From contig CBDHHL010000056.1 in assembly GCA_965263355.1 (NCBI GenBank), forward strand, positions 2,208,001-2,272,000: a stretch of DNA of 64,000 nucleotides. Reading direction: 5' to 3'. Each line of letters opens with the position of its first letter. Within the stretch, counting starts at the first letter, position 1. The position numbers were made by a program, and so were the translations under genes. Under the pieces are notes generated by a model, which had not been told where the DNA came from, made no database searches, and saw nothing but the letters and a program-made list of their open reading frames with translations. Positions 32,015 through 42,996 of this stretch are shown in pieces. This stretch comes from Leptolyngbyaceae cyanobacterium. GTDB taxonomy: Bacteria > Cyanobacteriota > Cyanobacteriia > Phormidesmidales > Phormidesmidaceae.

Positions 32015-32440
32015 ATGTCGGTACTTGTTTCTAAGGTCATATCACTGTCTGCCTTGTTGATGGTTTCCCTACAAAGGTTGCCACTATTCTTGTTCAAACC
32101 AAAGCGTTTGCTGACTGGCTGTTTATCATTCTTCTTAGTCGCTAGTTTATGGCTGACCACGACAACCTTCGCCTGGGCGGAGACGCCTGTTGCACTCTTT
32201 AAAGTTCACTGTGCCGGATGCCATCCCAATGGAGCCAACATCATTCGGCGGGGTAAGAATCTTAAACAAAAGGCTTTAAAGCGCTATGGTTATGATTCTG
32301 TGGATGCGATCGCAACTCTGATCACCCACGGTAAAGGTCTAATGAGCGCCTATGGCGATCAGCTCAGTGAAGATGACATTATCATCCTGGCCCACTATGT
32401 TTTAGAACAGGCTGCGGTCAACTGGAAACCCACAAAATAA
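32015..32440 (+). CDS. Cytochrome c6-like protein (c6C/PetJ2 type); start uncertain
   Basis: Signal peptide ...AWA, CAGCH haem motif, NIIRRGKNL, GKGLMSAY axial Met; Leu where c6 has Gln. Confidence 0.85.
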   Translation: MSVLVSKVISLSALLMVSLQRLPLFLFKPKRLLTGCLSFFLVASLWLTTTTFAWAETPVALFKVHCAGCHPNGANIIRRGKNLKQKALKRYGYDSVDAIATLITHGKGLMSAYGDQLSEDDIIILAHYVLEQAAVNWKPTK

Positions 32441-32482
32441 TCTAGATCCTCTAATATTGACAGGCTATTTCCCACCCTCACC

Positions 32483-33403
32483 GTGCAGCTTAACCAAGTC
32501 ATCATTGTCCACAAAGCGGGCAATCCCCTAAGCCAGCGCTCGGCTGAAAAGTACGCCCAGCAATTAGAAAAACGCGGTGCCAGTGTAATGCTTGGCCCCA
32601 GTGGTGCCAAAGATAATCCCTATCCCGTCTTTTTAGCGTCAGCCCAGCAGCCCATTGACTTGGCTATCGTACTTGGTGGGGATGGTACAGCCCTAGCCGC
32701 TGCTCGTCACTTGGCCCCTGAATTAATCCCCATTTTGGCGGTTAATATTGGCGGTCATCTGGGCTTTCTCACCGAATCGTCTGATGAAATCAGTGACTTT
32801 GAGGTGGTCCTGGATCGGCTACTGGAAGATCGCTATGCTGTTCAACAACGGATGATGCTACGCGCCTGTCTCCACGAAGGCAATCGCGGTAATCGTGACC
32901 CCCTGAGCGAATTTTACTGGGCGCTGAATGAAATGTGCGTCAAACCGGCCTCCCCTGACCGAATGATCACCTCCGTTTTAGAAATGGAAATCGATGGGGA
33001 AGTGATCGATCAATATCAGGGGGATGGTCTTTTAATTAGTACTCCTACCGGTACAACTGGGTATACCGTAGCTGCCAATGGCCCCATTGTTCATCCTGGC
33101 ATGGATGCCATTGTGGTTACTCCAATTTGTCCCTTAAGTTTATCCAGTCGCCCTGTAGTGCTTCCGTCCGGCAGTGTGGTCAGTGTTTGGCCTCTAGCTG
33201 ATCCTGGCATCACCACCAAACTATGGATGGACGGTGTTATGGCAACGTCTATTTGGCCCGGACAACGGGTGGATATTTCCATGGCAAAACATATGGCCCA
33301 GTTTGTACTGCTGCGTCAAAATCAGTCCTATTATCAAACGCTACGCAACAAGCTATTGTGGGCCGGTGCCAGGATCAATTACACAAATAATCATCGAAAC
33401 TAG
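32483..33403 (+). CDS. nadK: NAD(+) kinase
   Basis: LGGDGT, GHLGFL, LNE, GDGLLISTPTGTTGY. Confidence 0.96.
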   Translation: MQLNQVIIVHKAGNPLSQRSAEKYAQQLEKRGASVMLGPSGAKDNPYPVFLASAQQPIDLAIVLGGDGTALAAARHLAPELIPILAVNIGGHLGFLTESSDEISDFEVVLDRLLEDRYAVQQRMMLRACLHEGNRGNRDPLSEFYWALNEMCVKPASPDRMITSVLEMEIDGEVIDQYQGDGLLISTPTGTTGYTVAANGPIVHPGMDAIVVTPICPLSLSSRPVVLPSGSVVSVWPLADPGITTKLWMDGVMATSIWPGQRVDISMAKHMAQFVLLRQNQSYYQTLRNKLLWAGARINYTNNHRN

Positions 33404-33507
33404 CGCTGATAAACCATCCAGCTTAGAAATAGAGACTGCCCCTACGGATTTATCAATTTTTTTAATCAGACCTAATAGATGCGGGCTTGATATAAGCTAG
33501 ATATTCT

Positions 33508-33993
33508 CTAAAGCTTTTGCGTATTTCCTTGTCCCTTGATCCAGCCTTCTACACCACTGCTGGTACGGATTCTATACCAGCGATCCGATTCTTCTAACAC
33601 ATCTACAACTTCATCGTAGTCAATGCCGTCAATGGTCGTAGCATCAGCGCCAGCTCCGGTACGAACTAATAACCCATCACCGTAGGTCACTTTTACCTGA
33701 TACAAAACTTCAGTGTCATCGGACTCACTGGCGTCGGGTGTCGGCGCTTCAGTCGGTTTTTCAGCGGTAGCCGCCGTCTGCTCTGTAGTCTGAGCGCTGT
33801 CATTGATGGACTGCGCCGGGGAGGAATCATTGTCATACACCGGGCGCTCTGGCAATGTGGAGAGCTGGGTTAGAAAATAGCGGGCAGTGGCGACGCCAGC
33901 CAGAGATATGACAAAGAAGGCGATCGCAACCCCCAAAATAAACTTGACTAAGCCCAGGAAAAAGCCGTCTAGGTTAGATCGTTTGGATGCCAT
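33508..33993 (-). CDS. Membrane-anchored bacterial SH3 domain protein
   Basis: N-terminal TM helix; C-terminal GLLVRTGAG...WYRIR....EGWIK. Confidence 0.85.
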   Translation of the reverse strand: MASKRSNLDGFFLGLVKFILGVAIAFFVISLAGVATARYFLTQLSTLPERPVYDNDSSPAQSINDSAQTTEQTAATAEKPTEAPTPDASESDDTEVLYQVKVTYGDGLLVRTGAGADATTIDGIDYDEVVDVLEESDRWYRIRTSSGVEGWIKGQGNTQKL

Positions 33994-34089
33994 AGCTGCT
34001 TTCAGGAATACTCTGGATTGCCCTACGGTTATACCCTATTTTCTGCAGAAAGTTATCTAACATTCAGGAGCCTGACGGTCAGAATCAAC

Positions 34090-34335
34090 CTAAAATCCGC
34101 CATGACCAAATCCATTCATGACAGCGTCAATAAACGCTGAACCTAACTTTACAGAAATCAGGCCACAAGATATGAGCACGCATACGATCAGCCCCCATTG
34201 TACGCTGGTAATCTCATGCCAGGAGCCAATTTCTGAATAGAGCAAAGGAAGCAATACAAGAAAACTGCCTGCTGCTGCCCCAGCGAAAAATCTAATACAT
34301 GAAGAAACTATCTTGGATGGCTCCGTAGATGCCAT
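34090..34335 (-). CDS. Small two-TM hypothetical protein
   Basis: GGAGG upstream of the ATG at 34335; two hydrophobic segments. Confidence 0.6.
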   Translation of the reverse strand: MASTEPSKIVSSCIRFFAGAAAGSFLVLLPLLYSEIGSWHEITSVQWGLIVCVLISCGLISVKLGSAFIDAVMNGFGHGGF

Positions 34336-34422
34336 AACCCTGAATCCTCCAAAACTGTTGAAGTTGCTTAGTTTCGGTCTACAGCTTGTAAAATTCAATT
34401 CCAGACTAGTAATCTGTCAAGA

Positions 34423-35937
34423 CTAATCATCTAAATCTTTCATGCGATCGCTCAACGCCGATTGCCGCGACGCTAAGCGGGCCTTTCCCGATGCCGCCCA
34501 AGCCTGCAGCGCATCTACCTGATCTTTAGCCGTACGCGCTAACGGCACTAGCTGACTAGCCGCCTCTAAAATATCATCAACCGTAAAATCACGATTTTGG
34601 CTAAAACCAATGTGCATCGCTTCAATAATCGCCTGCTCAATTTCAGCACCAGAGAAATCAGGGGTTTCATAGGCAAGACGACTGGTATCGTAGCTTTTCA
34701 CATTATGGGGACGCAGCCGACTCAGATGTACATTGAAGATTGCATCGCGCTCAGACTGACTCGGTAACCCCACAAAGAAAATTTCATCAAATCGACCACG
34801 ACGCAACAATTCTGGAGGGAGCGAACCAATATTATTAGCCGTTGCCACCACAAACACAGGGGATGTCTTCTCCGACAACCAAGTAATAAACGTCCCAAAC
34901 ACACGACTTGTGGTGCCAGAGTCTCCCCGTCCCTCAAAGCCAGCAAAGGCTTTATCAATCTCATCAATCCAGAGCACACAGGGGGCCAACGCCTCTGCCA
35001 GTTGGATCATCTGCCGCGTTCGTGCCTCCGATTCACCCACCAGCCCCGCAAATAAACGCCCAACATCCAAACGCAACAACGGCAGATGCCAATAGTGAGC
35101 AATCGCCTTTGCTGTCAGCGACTTCCCTGTGCCCTGAATCCCCACCAGCATCAACCCGCGAGGATGAGGTAGCCCATATTGACGAGCCCGTTCCGAAAAA
35201 GAACCGCCCCGCTTAATCAGCCAATCCTTCAAATTATCCAAACCACCTATATCAGATATCTTTTCTGCCGCAGGGTAAAAATCTAGAATCTGCGTTTGAC
35301 GAATCGTTTGACGCTTTTCCTCAAGAATCAGATCAATATCATCAGCACTAAATGCACCATTAGCCGCTATGCCCCGTGCTAAAACTCGACGAATCCGCTC
35401 CATTGACAACCCTTGGCAGGAGCGCACCAATTCATCCAAGGCTTTTGAATCTGGTAAAGTTCCTATCGTCCCCAACAACATCTCGATTTCACGACGGATA
35501 TCATCTACGGTAGGTAATGGAAATTCCAGAACTGTCAGCAACTCGCTAAGCTCATCGGGAATAGTCAACTGAGCTGACAAGATAACAATATTTTTAGGCT
35601 GAGACTTTAGCAGTCTAGCCAAGTTACGTAGCTTTCGAGAAACGGCAATATCATCCAAAAAACGATGAAAATCCCGTAGTACTAATACAGCAGAAATATT
35701 AGGGGATAGTTTTTCAACAAATTCTAGAGCCTGCAGCGGATTACGACGTCCCGCCCCAACATCATTAGGATTACCTCGATACCCATCGACAAAATCCCAA
35801 ACATAAACGGCCCGATTACCCGTTTTAGCAGCAACATAGGCAATAGCTTCTTCAGCCCGCTCTTCTTCACGGGTAGGGATATAAATTAACGGGTAACGGG
35901 CCCGTATCAGCAGACCTAACTCCGCATGAAATGCCAT
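34423..35937 (-). CDS. ycf46: AAA+ ATPase, Ycf46 family
   Basis: [46 protein letters not shown]. Confidence 0.92.
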   Translation of the reverse strand: MAFHAELGLLIRARYPLIYIPTREEERAEEAIAYVAAKTGNRAVYVWDFVDGYRGNPNDVGAGRRNPLQALEFVEKLSPNISAVLVLRDFHRFLDDIAVSRKLRNLARLLKSQPKNIVILSAQLTIPDELSELLTVLEFPLPTVDDIRREIEMLLGTIGTLPDSKALDELVRSCQGLSMERIRRVLARGIAANGAFSADDIDLILEEKRQTIRQTQILDFYPAAEKISDIGGLDNLKDWLIKRGGSFSERARQYGLPHPRGLMLVGIQGTGKSLTAKAIAHYWHLPLLRLDVGRLFAGLVGESEARTRQMIQLAEALAPCVLWIDEIDKAFAGFEGRGDSGTTSRVFGTFITWLSEKTSPVFVVATANNIGSLPPELLRRGRFDEIFFVGLPSQSERDAIFNVHLSRLRPHNVKSYDTSRLAYETPDFSGAEIEQAIIEAMHIGFSQNRDFTVDDILEAASQLVPLARTAKDQVDALQAWAASGKARLASRQSALSDRMKDLDD

Positions 35938-35952
35938 AGGAAACAAATGGGA

Positions 35953-36471
35953 CTAATCAGAAAGCTGTTGCTTCAAAGCAGACAGGGCAGCCCAGCGTTG
36001 ATCTGTATCTATTGAAGCATCGTCGTCACTAGCAATGGGATGACTAATCCCCTCACAAGCTTGGTCACATAGCTGTCGCTGGGGCATCGCCAGACATAAT
36101 TGCTCATACAACCACACAGTTGGGTCAAAATGCCCTTGGGGCGACAGCGTTTCCACCAGCTCATCTAAGCCAACTTCCACTTCTTCAGCATAGATTTCAG
36201 GCTCAGGTTCCTGCAGCCAAATAAATTCTGACGTGTCTACCTTTATGCGCATATTGTAGTTTTGTAAGCAACGATGGCACGTGAACGTAGTAATCGTCTC
36301 AGCCTGGGCCGAGACCTCCAAAAAATTGCCACGGTGCTGGACTTGAATGCGCCCCTTAACTGGAGTCAGAGTTGATAAATCACTCAGATAATCATTAACT
36401 TCAAGCGTCCGAGTCTTGCCCGGAGCCTTAACCAAGTGAGGGATGTATATCCTTTGTATGGGCCGCTGCAT
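35953..36471 (-). CDS. YceD/DUF177 family protein
   Basis: CHRCL, WLYEQLCLAMP..LC...CEG, DQRWAAL. Confidence 0.9.
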   Translation of the reverse strand: MQRPIQRIYIPHLVKAPGKTRTLEVNDYLSDLSTLTPVKGRIQVQHRGNFLEVSAQAETITTFTCHRCLQNYNMRIKVDTSEFIWLQEPEPEIYAEEVEVGLDELVETLSPQGHFDPTVWLYEQLCLAMPQRQLCDQACEGISHPIASDDDASIDTDQRWAALSALKQQLSD

Positions 36472-36562
36472 AGTGCTTCCAAGGGCCAAAACTAATTCAA
36501 CTAACTAAATGCTCGCACGTAAAACCGCTGGAGTGAACAGTTAGCTCACAATAAATCACCAT

Positions 36563-37084
36563 TCACTCGTCTTCACCACTAGCGAGCGGAAGATCTCCTA
36601 ATGCACGTACTACCAGACGTCGGTCAGGCTCTCTACCACGACTAAAGGTCTCTAAGCCACCATAGGCTTTAAGCAAAGTGTGCACCTGACGCCGTTCTGC
36701 CGAGGATAAATCAGTCACTTCATGCTCTCCACCACTCGAAAGCACTTGCTCTGCAGCCTCTTCGGCAATTGCTTTAAGCTCATCCCGACGCTGCTGTCTA
36801 TACCCATGCAACTCAATCGTATAAGACTGCTGTGTTTCTGGCGATTGTCCAATGTTCAATACAATATTGGCTAAATATTGAATAGCGTCTAAAACACGCC
36901 CTTTATCACCCAACAGACCGTCAATCTGCGATTGAGTCAACGAGGCATGTTCAATGGTCAACCAAAAACTACTCTCGCCTAGTCCGTCGTCGATATGCTC
37001 GCCAGTAACCTCTGCTTCCAAACCTTGATGCTCTAATAACTGTGATAGCCATTGAATACCACTTTTATCTTGCTGACCGCCCAT
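36563..37084 (-). CDS. Jag/EloR-family KH-R3H RNA-binding protein
   Basis: LLGDKGRVLDAIQYL KH motif, SSAERRQVH R3H motif, SRGREPDRRLVV; follows yidC. Confidence 0.92.
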   Translation of the reverse strand: MGGQQDKSGIQWLSQLLEHQGLEAEVTGEHIDDGLGESSFWLTIEHASLTQSQIDGLLGDKGRVLDAIQYLANIVLNIGQSPETQQSYTIELHGYRQQRRDELKAIAEEAAEQVLSSGGEHEVTDLSSAERRQVHTLLKAYGGLETFSRGREPDRRLVVRALGDLPLASGEDE

Positions 37085-37128
37085 AAATTACTCACACCTG
37101 TTTCAGCGATTTCATGCCAACCACAAGT

Positions 37129-38451
37129 CTACCGTCCCCTATCGGTTAGGGACCTTTTTTTAGAGCTACCACCAGATTTCTTATTACCCTTAGAGCGATT
37201 CGAACGACTAGAACTGGACTTACTGTTAGACTTACTAGTTTTAGTTGCACCCTTAGATATAGTTTTGGCTTTACTGGTGGTAGCCCCTTTCTTAGACTGA
37301 GTAGTTTCCTTAGCAGCAGCCTTTTTAGAGCCTGGCTCAAAGGCTAATGCTCCCCGATCAACACTGACAGTCTTTGCTTCTTGAGCATCGACTAAAGCCT
37401 GGATATTTTCAGGCAAGGGTTCCTTAGAAAGGATAAAAGACTGTGCTGTCTGGAAAACATTTGCCAAAACCATGTAAAGGAGCACACCAGCCGGCAAGGG
37501 GAAAAACAAAAACATACCTGAGAACAATACAGGCGTAAGCTTTGTAATTGTTTCTTGTTGTGGATTATCGCTAGAAGATTGACCTGAGAGCAGTTGGTTA
37601 ACGTATAGACTAAGGCCAAAGAAAAGGACCATTCCCAAGATATCCCAATGGATTTCTCCATCGTCACCCATGGCACCAATACGTCCAAGTTCCTTGATAA
37701 ACAAGAAACCTTTGTTAGCCGCTAAGCCTTTGAGCTTAGCCTGAACCGTTACGTCGCCAGGGGCCAACGCCGTAATTAAGCCATTTTCGTCAACTGTCAC
37801 CAGATCTTGCCCCTTAGTGATCTCCCACTGAGGCGCAAAAGCAGCTGGCTCCTCAGCAAATTGATCAGCAAGCTCTTGAACAGATTTACCGTCAGGGCCT
37901 TGCAAGCGAATTGCCGTAGTATCACCCACACCAATACGATTACCACCGGGTAAAACTGCAGCTACCGGAAAATGCTCACCATCAGCAATGTAAAGGCTAG
38001 ATGGCTTAGCCGAAAATGCCTGGGGCTGCACTTGCTCAATCGCATCTTGGGGAAGGATTTGGAGATTGACAGGGTAAGTAATGTCAGCAAACGGCGATCC
38101 TCGCAGCGTGGCAAATAACGCAAATAGAATCGGCATTTGCAGAACCACTGGAAAGCAGCCGGCTAAGGGATTACCAAACTCCTTATAAACCCCCCCCATT
38201 TCCTCTTGGAGCTTAGCCGGATCATCCTTGTAACGCTCTTGGATTTCCTTGACCTTCTTCTGCATGAGGGGTTGAGTAACCTTCATGCGCCGCATATTAC
38301 GAATCGACCCAGCGTTCAGCGGATAGAGCGCAAAGCGAATCAGCAGCGTAAGAGCCACAATGGCTAAACCATAGCTAGGCACAATCCCATAGAAAAAGTC
38401 TAGGATTGGCAGCATTATGTTATTCGTCAGAAATCCAATACCGAAATCCAT
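37129..38451 (-). CDS. yidC: Membrane protein insertase YidC with long basic C-terminal tail
   Basis: [29 protein letters not shown]. Confidence 0.97.
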   Translation of the reverse strand: MDFGIGFLTNNIMLPILDFFYGIVPSYGLAIVALTLLIRFALYPLNAGSIRNMRRMKVTQPLMQKKVKEIQERYKDDPAKLQEEMGGVYKEFGNPLAGCFPVVLQMPILFALFATLRGSPFADITYPVNLQILPQDAIEQVQPQAFSAKPSSLYIADGEHFPVAAVLPGGNRIGVGDTTAIRLQGPDGKSVQELADQFAEEPAAFAPQWEITKGQDLVTVDENGLITALAPGDVTVQAKLKGLAANKGFLFIKELGRIGAMGDDGEIHWDILGMVLFFGLSLYVNQLLSGQSSSDNPQQETITKLTPVLFSGMFLFFPLPAGVLLYMVLANVFQTAQSFILSKEPLPENIQALVDAQEAKTVSVDRGALAFEPGSKKAAAKETTQSKKGATTSKAKTISKGATKTSKSNSKSSSSRSNRSKGNKKSGGSSKKRSLTDRGR

Positions 38452-38660
38452 GCGCGCTTACCGAGCAAATTGCATACCGAACTCTAATGTATCTGAATAT
38501 TGCAGGCGTTAGGGGTATTCAACCCAAAAAGGCCAATTATTTCACTCAAGTGAAGACTGGGAGAGACGGTCTTCACAACTTAAATTGACGGTTATTTCTC
38601 CTTGAAGGCATGGAAAAGTCATGACTTCTTAAAATTAAAAGGAACATTCAAGGATTCAAT

Positions 38661-39050
38661 CTATACCCTCATGCTGCTTGCTTCTCGAGCTTTAGGAGAA
38701 ATATGTTCCAAGATCTTTTCATGCAGCTCACGAAACTTAGGAACAGCACGCATTTCCAGTCGACTACCATCTTTTAGCTGCACTGCCATATCCCCCCATA
38801 AACCGAGCCCCCGTGGTACAACAGCCACCCGAGTCACTTCTGAGTAAATTAAATCAGTACGATTACGTCCCATCCATCCACCGGTAATGGAAATTCGTCG
38901 GCTAGTAAAACGATAGCGCACCCACAGGGCACGAATAATTGAGCCAACGGTAAGGGGAATGAAGACTAGTGTAATCGCCAGCACACAGTGAAAAATCAAA
39001 TCACCGATATGGGGGCCGCCCTCGTAATAGACCTCTTCCTTAACTCCCAT
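38661..39050 (-). CDS. Bacterial PH-domain membrane protein
   Basis: YEGGPHIGDL, RYRFTSRRISITGGW; conserved position between rnpA and yidC in cyanobacteria. Confidence 0.85.
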   Translation of the reverse strand: MGVKEEVYYEGGPHIGDLIFHCVLAITLVFIPLTVGSIIRALWVRYRFTSRRISITGGWMGRNRTDLIYSEVTRVAVVPRGLGLWGDMAVQLKDGSRLEMRAVPKFRELHEKILEHISPKAREASSMRV

Positions 39051-39420
39051 ATAGAACCTCCAGCTCTACTAATAGACTTTCTAATTCTTGCAAAAATTCA
39101 TCATATTCGCAGGCGGCTGCCGTTGTTCGAACGTTGATTACGACCCACCAAGTCCCCTCGAATCGTGGCAGCAACCCCCTAAGTGCGGCATGAATTTGGC
39201 GCTTTATACGATTGCGGACAACGGCTCTCTTATGAACTTTGCGACTAATTGAAACCCCAAAACAAACACCCGATGAAGCCTTATCTGATGAGGCTCCATC
39301 GGGCAACGGATTTTTGAGGGCTTTAACAGCTAAACAACGCCGACTAGCACGTCGCCCTTGACGATAAACCTTGGAAAACGAACGCGGAGAGCGCAGTCGA
39401 TGTTGCCTAGGTAATGCCAC
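39040..39420 (-). CDS. rnpA: Ribonuclease P protein component
   Basis: GVSISRKVHKRAVVRNRIKRQI (RNR motif). Confidence 0.97.
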   Translation of the reverse strand: MALPRQHRLRSPRSFSKVYRQGRRASRRCLAVKALKNPLPDGASSDKASSGVCFGVSISRKVHKRAVVRNRIKRQIHAALRGLLPRFEGTWWVVINVRTTAAACEYDEFLQELESLLVELEVLYGS

Positions 39421-39447
39421 AGGTGCGATCGCGCACTCAGCCAGCTC

Positions 39448-39585
39448 CTAAACAGCCAGACGAGCACGCCCCCTCTTGCGGCGGGATTGAATAACACGAC
39501 GGCCACTAGCGGTCCGCATCCGAGTACGAAAACCAGAAACGCGCTTACGCTTACGAGATGTACCGCCGAGGGTGCGCTTAGTCAT
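39448..39585 (-). CDS. rpmH: 50S ribosomal protein L34
   Basis: Below the ORF-track cutoff; [45 protein letters not shown]. Confidence 0.97.
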   Translation of the reverse strand: MTKRTLGGTSRKRKRVSGFRTRMRTASGRRVIQSRRKRGRARLAV

Positions 39586-39680
39586 GGCGATTGCTCCTAG
39601 ATCTGCTCAAACAAATACTACGTGCGCCCAATTCAGAGCGGTCTCTGATAGTAACATGCAAAACAAGCCATGAAAAGCAA

Positions 39681-40286
39681 TTAATCTTGGTAAGCGATCA
39701 ACATTTCCCAGGTACCAATATAAGTAGGCAGTTCCTCACCCCGCGGAATAGCTTGTAGATTCAACCGCTGCATCAGTGAGCGATTTGGATTGCGAACCTT
39801 TTCAAACTCAATCAAAAAAGACGTATTTGCCGGAATATCCTCTGCCAAAATAATTTCAATCTGGTCTAGATCTTCAGACAAATCGTTAGATCCACTGAAA
39901 ACACGATCATCCCAAATCGCCTCTTCAACCGCAATTTCATCACCAACGTTATCAATGCGACCGTAGTGAACCTTGATGCGATCTAAATCAATCCGCCCTC
40001 TGTAGCGGGAAAACGCCTCAGGAATAGTCACGATCAAGGTAGAAACAGCATAATTAACTTTATCCCCCTTAACCGCCAGATTGTACCTAGCACGACTATT
40101 CCGACGAGTATTATTGTCAAGGCTATAGGACAAACGATAGCGTGACTCAACACCACCGACAATATTAAGACCATCGGAGTCATAAATATCAGTCTGAGCC
40201 AAGATAGGTCCATGCAAACCGACTATAGCCGCTGCCGACATCGCTAAGCCAGCCAGGCCCAAACGGATCAACTGTTTCAGCGCCAT
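39681..40286 (-). CDS. DUF2808-like secreted protein
   Basis: Signal peptide; VRNP and YIGTW C-terminal motifs; typical position upstream of rpmH. Confidence 0.75.
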   Translation of the reverse strand: MALKQLIRLGLAGLAMSAAAIVGLHGPILAQTDIYDSDGLNIVGGVESRYRLSYSLDNNTRRNSRARYNLAVKGDKVNYAVSTLIVTIPEAFSRYRGRIDLDRIKVHYGRIDNVGDEIAVEEAIWDDRVFSGSNDLSEDLDQIEIILAEDIPANTSFLIEFEKVRNPNRSLMQRLNLQAIPRGEELPTYIGTWEMLIAYQD

Positions 40287-40560
40287 TTTTTAACTCCTCA
40301 AGCTCACGTTACTAAAGCAGGACTCATCTAGAACTATCATGCAGTGTCTGCCCGCTAAATATTCCGAGGGACAGTTTGCATGATTGGCCCGTTAAACGTG
40401 CGAGTTTCAAAGGTGTCAACAAGTACAATTCAGCAATCATCTCTAACCCAAAAGCAACGCTGAAAGGCACAAAAAGATACCCGGTAGTCTATGCACGTTT
40501 ACGGAACGAAATTTTTCTTAAGATTAGCATACTCAATTACAGGCAAATTGTGGGGTTTGC

Positions 40561-40740
40561 ATGTCCCTAATCGTGTCCCCAAAACGAGTTGCTCAAATTT
40601 ATGCAGGCTTTCCAGAGACATCAAAAGATAAACCAATTGTTAGACAAACCATCAACGATTATCAGCAGACTTTGAACCGATTGCGCCAACAGGTATCAGC
40701 ACAAAGTGGGCCGATTTTCACAAAAAAAGTTAGAGTTTAG
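40561..40740 (+). CDS. Candidate small protein (59 aa)
   Basis: Uninterrupted ATG..TAG frame, MSLIVSPKRVAQIYAGFPETSKDKPIVRQTINDYQQTLNRLRQQVSAQSGPIFTKKVRV, followed immediately by a 15-bp-arm hairpin. Confidence 0.45.
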   Translation: MSLIVSPKRVAQIYAGFPETSKDKPIVRQTINDYQQTLNRLRQQVSAQSGPIFTKKVRV

Positions 40741-40742
40741 AC

Positions 40743-40781
40743 TTTTGAGTTCGGAATACAGTCCCAATTCCGAACTCAAAA
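40743..40781. terminator. Perfect 15-bp-arm hairpin
   Basis: TTTTGAGTTCGGAAT-acagtccca-ATTCCGAACTCAAAA. Confidence 0.6.
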
Positions 40782-41269
40782 TTTCGCTCTGGTCTGGACT
40801 TCTCAGCTACAACTGATACCCCACCAGCCTATGATTTTCGTCAAAAAAGATAAACCTTCATAAAGCAGCCCACACTTTTCAAGAATTAAATTGACAAAAT
40901 TAAGCCAAGGCTAATGCTTTTACCAAAGTCTTGTAGTTGGCCTAGATTAGCTTGGATGTTGATGGAGATGGATTGAGACAGTATTGCAACCACAGTCTCA
41001 AAGCACCAGGGGGATCAAAGCAATTCATGGATGACGTTCGCTGTCAAATGCAAAAACCTGCTAAACAGGTTTCTCAAAAGGGATTTTAGGCAATTAGCTC
41101 ATGCATAAAAATGACGGTTGAAACGTCAGAGTAATTACCCATCTCTAAGTGAAGTAAAACTACCAAATCTAAAGTTATTCCGGTTGGATTGAGGTCAAAT
41201 GCGATCCCAATTCCATAGTGTTTTTACAACAACAGTCGTTAGCCCAGCTAGTTCATCAAAGGATTTACT

Positions 41270-42886
41270 ATGACTATCGCACTCGACAAAGGTGCTGTTG
41301 ACCAACAGTCGTCACCGACCAATCGCCCAAAACGTATTGGTATACCCAAAGAAATTACACCAGGAGAATGCCGCGTTGCCGCCACTCCAAAAACTGTCAA
41401 GAAACTCCAGTCCCTAGGCTTTGACGTCCTCATTGAGCAAGGTGCTGGCAAACGGGCAGAGTTCTCAGACCAGGCCTATCGCGAAGCAGATTGCCAGGTG
41501 GTCACTAATGCCAAAGAATTGTGGCAGGAAGCAGACATCATCCTCAAGGTTGAGCCCCCTAAACATCACCCAGACTTTAACTGCGATGAAACAGAGCTGG
41601 GTCATGCCGGTCAAACCTTGATCAGCTTTCTTTGGCCTGCCCAAAATTCTGACTTAGTAAAGCAGCTAGCGGACAAACAAGTCACAGCCCTAGCCATGGA
41701 CTCGGTACCCCGCATCAGCCGTGCCCAGAAAATGGATGCCCTTAGCTCCATGGCCAATGTGGCTGGATATAGAGCCGTGATTGAAGCCGCCAATAACTTT
41801 GGTCGCTTTTTCACCGGACAGATTACGGCAGCAGGTAAAGTTCCCCCGGCAAAAGTACTGGTTATCGGTGCTGGTGTAGCGGGTTTAGCCGCCATTGGAG
41901 CTGCCAAAAGCTTGGGAGCAATCGTTCGGGCTTTTGACACTCGCCCTGTCGTGAAAGAGCAGGTCGAAAGTATGGGTGCCCAGTTTTTAGAACTGGAATT
42001 TGAAGAAGACGGTACCGGAACCGGTGGCTATGCCAAAACGATGAGTAAAGAATTCATTGAGGCAGAAATGGCCCTGTTTGCTGAACAGGCAAAGGAAGTG
42101 GACATTATCATTACCACGGCTTTGATTCCTGGGAAAAAAGCCCCCCTATTAGTTACCAAAGACACCGTCGAGCTAATGAAACCCGGCTCAGTTGTGGTAG
42201 ACATGGCAGCGGCCCAAGGTGGAAACTGTGAAGTTTGCCGGACTGGGGAAGTTTATCGCCACCATGGTGTGACGATTATTGGACTGACTGATTTGGCTAG
42301 CCGTATGGCCGGACAGTCTAGCCAGCTCTATGGCATGAATTTATACCACCTGCTAAACGACATGGGTGGAGCCGAGGGATATGCCGTCAACTTCGATGAT
42401 GAAGTTGTGCGAGGTGCTTTGGTCAGCCATGAGGGTCAAGTAACCTGGCCTGCACCTAAACCTGAAAAGCCTGCACCTCCTAAAGTTGAAGCCAAACCTG
42501 AGGAAACTGCTGAGGCAGAAACACCGACTGCACCAACAGGCTCGTTGCCCTGGAAGTGGATCGGTATTGCCTTTGCGGCTCTGGCCCTGATTGGCATTGG
42601 TATAGGAGCACCGTCTTCATTCCTCTCCCATTTCACTGTCTTTATTTTGGCCTGTTTTGTCGGCTGGCAAGTGATTTGGAATGTTTCTCCATCCCTGCAT
42701 ACACCTTTGATGAGTGTCACCAATGCCATTAGCGGCATCATCATCATCGGCGGCATGCTACAGATTTCGGGTCAGCCACTGTCACCCACTGTGATTTTGG
42801 GTGCCATTGCTATCTTTATCGGCACAATCAACATTGCGGGTGGGTTCTTGGTAACCCAGCGGATGTTGAAGATGTTTCGGAAGTAA
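41270..42886 (+). CDS. pntA: NAD(P) transhydrogenase subunit alpha
   Basis: [51 protein letters not shown]. Confidence 0.98.
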   Translation: MTIALDKGAVDQQSSPTNRPKRIGIPKEITPGECRVAATPKTVKKLQSLGFDVLIEQGAGKRAEFSDQAYREADCQVVTNAKELWQEADIILKVEPPKHHPDFNCDETELGHAGQTLISFLWPAQNSDLVKQLADKQVTALAMDSVPRISRAQKMDALSSMANVAGYRAVIEAANNFGRFFTGQITAAGKVPPAKVLVIGAGVAGLAAIGAAKSLGAIVRAFDTRPVVKEQVESMGAQFLELEFEEDGTGTGGYAKTMSKEFIEAEMALFAEQAKEVDIIITTALIPGKKAPLLVTKDTVELMKPGSVVVDMAAAQGGNCEVCRTGEVYRHHGVTIIGLTDLASRMAGQSSQLYGMNLYHLLNDMGGAEGYAVNFDDEVVRGALVSHEGQVTWPAPKPEKPAPPKVEAKPEETAEAETPTAPTGSLPWKWIGIAFAALALIGIGIGAPSSFLSHFTVFILACFVGWQVIWNVSPSLHTPLMSVTNAISGIIIIGGMLQISGQPLSPTVILGAIAIFIGTINIAGGFLVTQRMLKMFRK

Positions 42887-42905
42887 CCTCTCCTCAAACG
42901 TTAGC

Positions 42906-42958
42906 TTCGACTTCGCTCAGCCAATGTTTTGTCCCGTCCCCTAAGCAGAGTCAAAGGG
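42906..42958. repeat. Degenerate REP-like inverted repeat between pntA and pntB
   Basis: CTTCGACTTCGCTCAG ... CTAAGCAGAGTCAAAG (imperfect reverse complement); resembles a common intergenic repeat class. Confidence 0.5.
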
Positions 42959-42996
42959 GACAATCGCAGAATTTTCTCTACAATCTCTCTCTTCCC

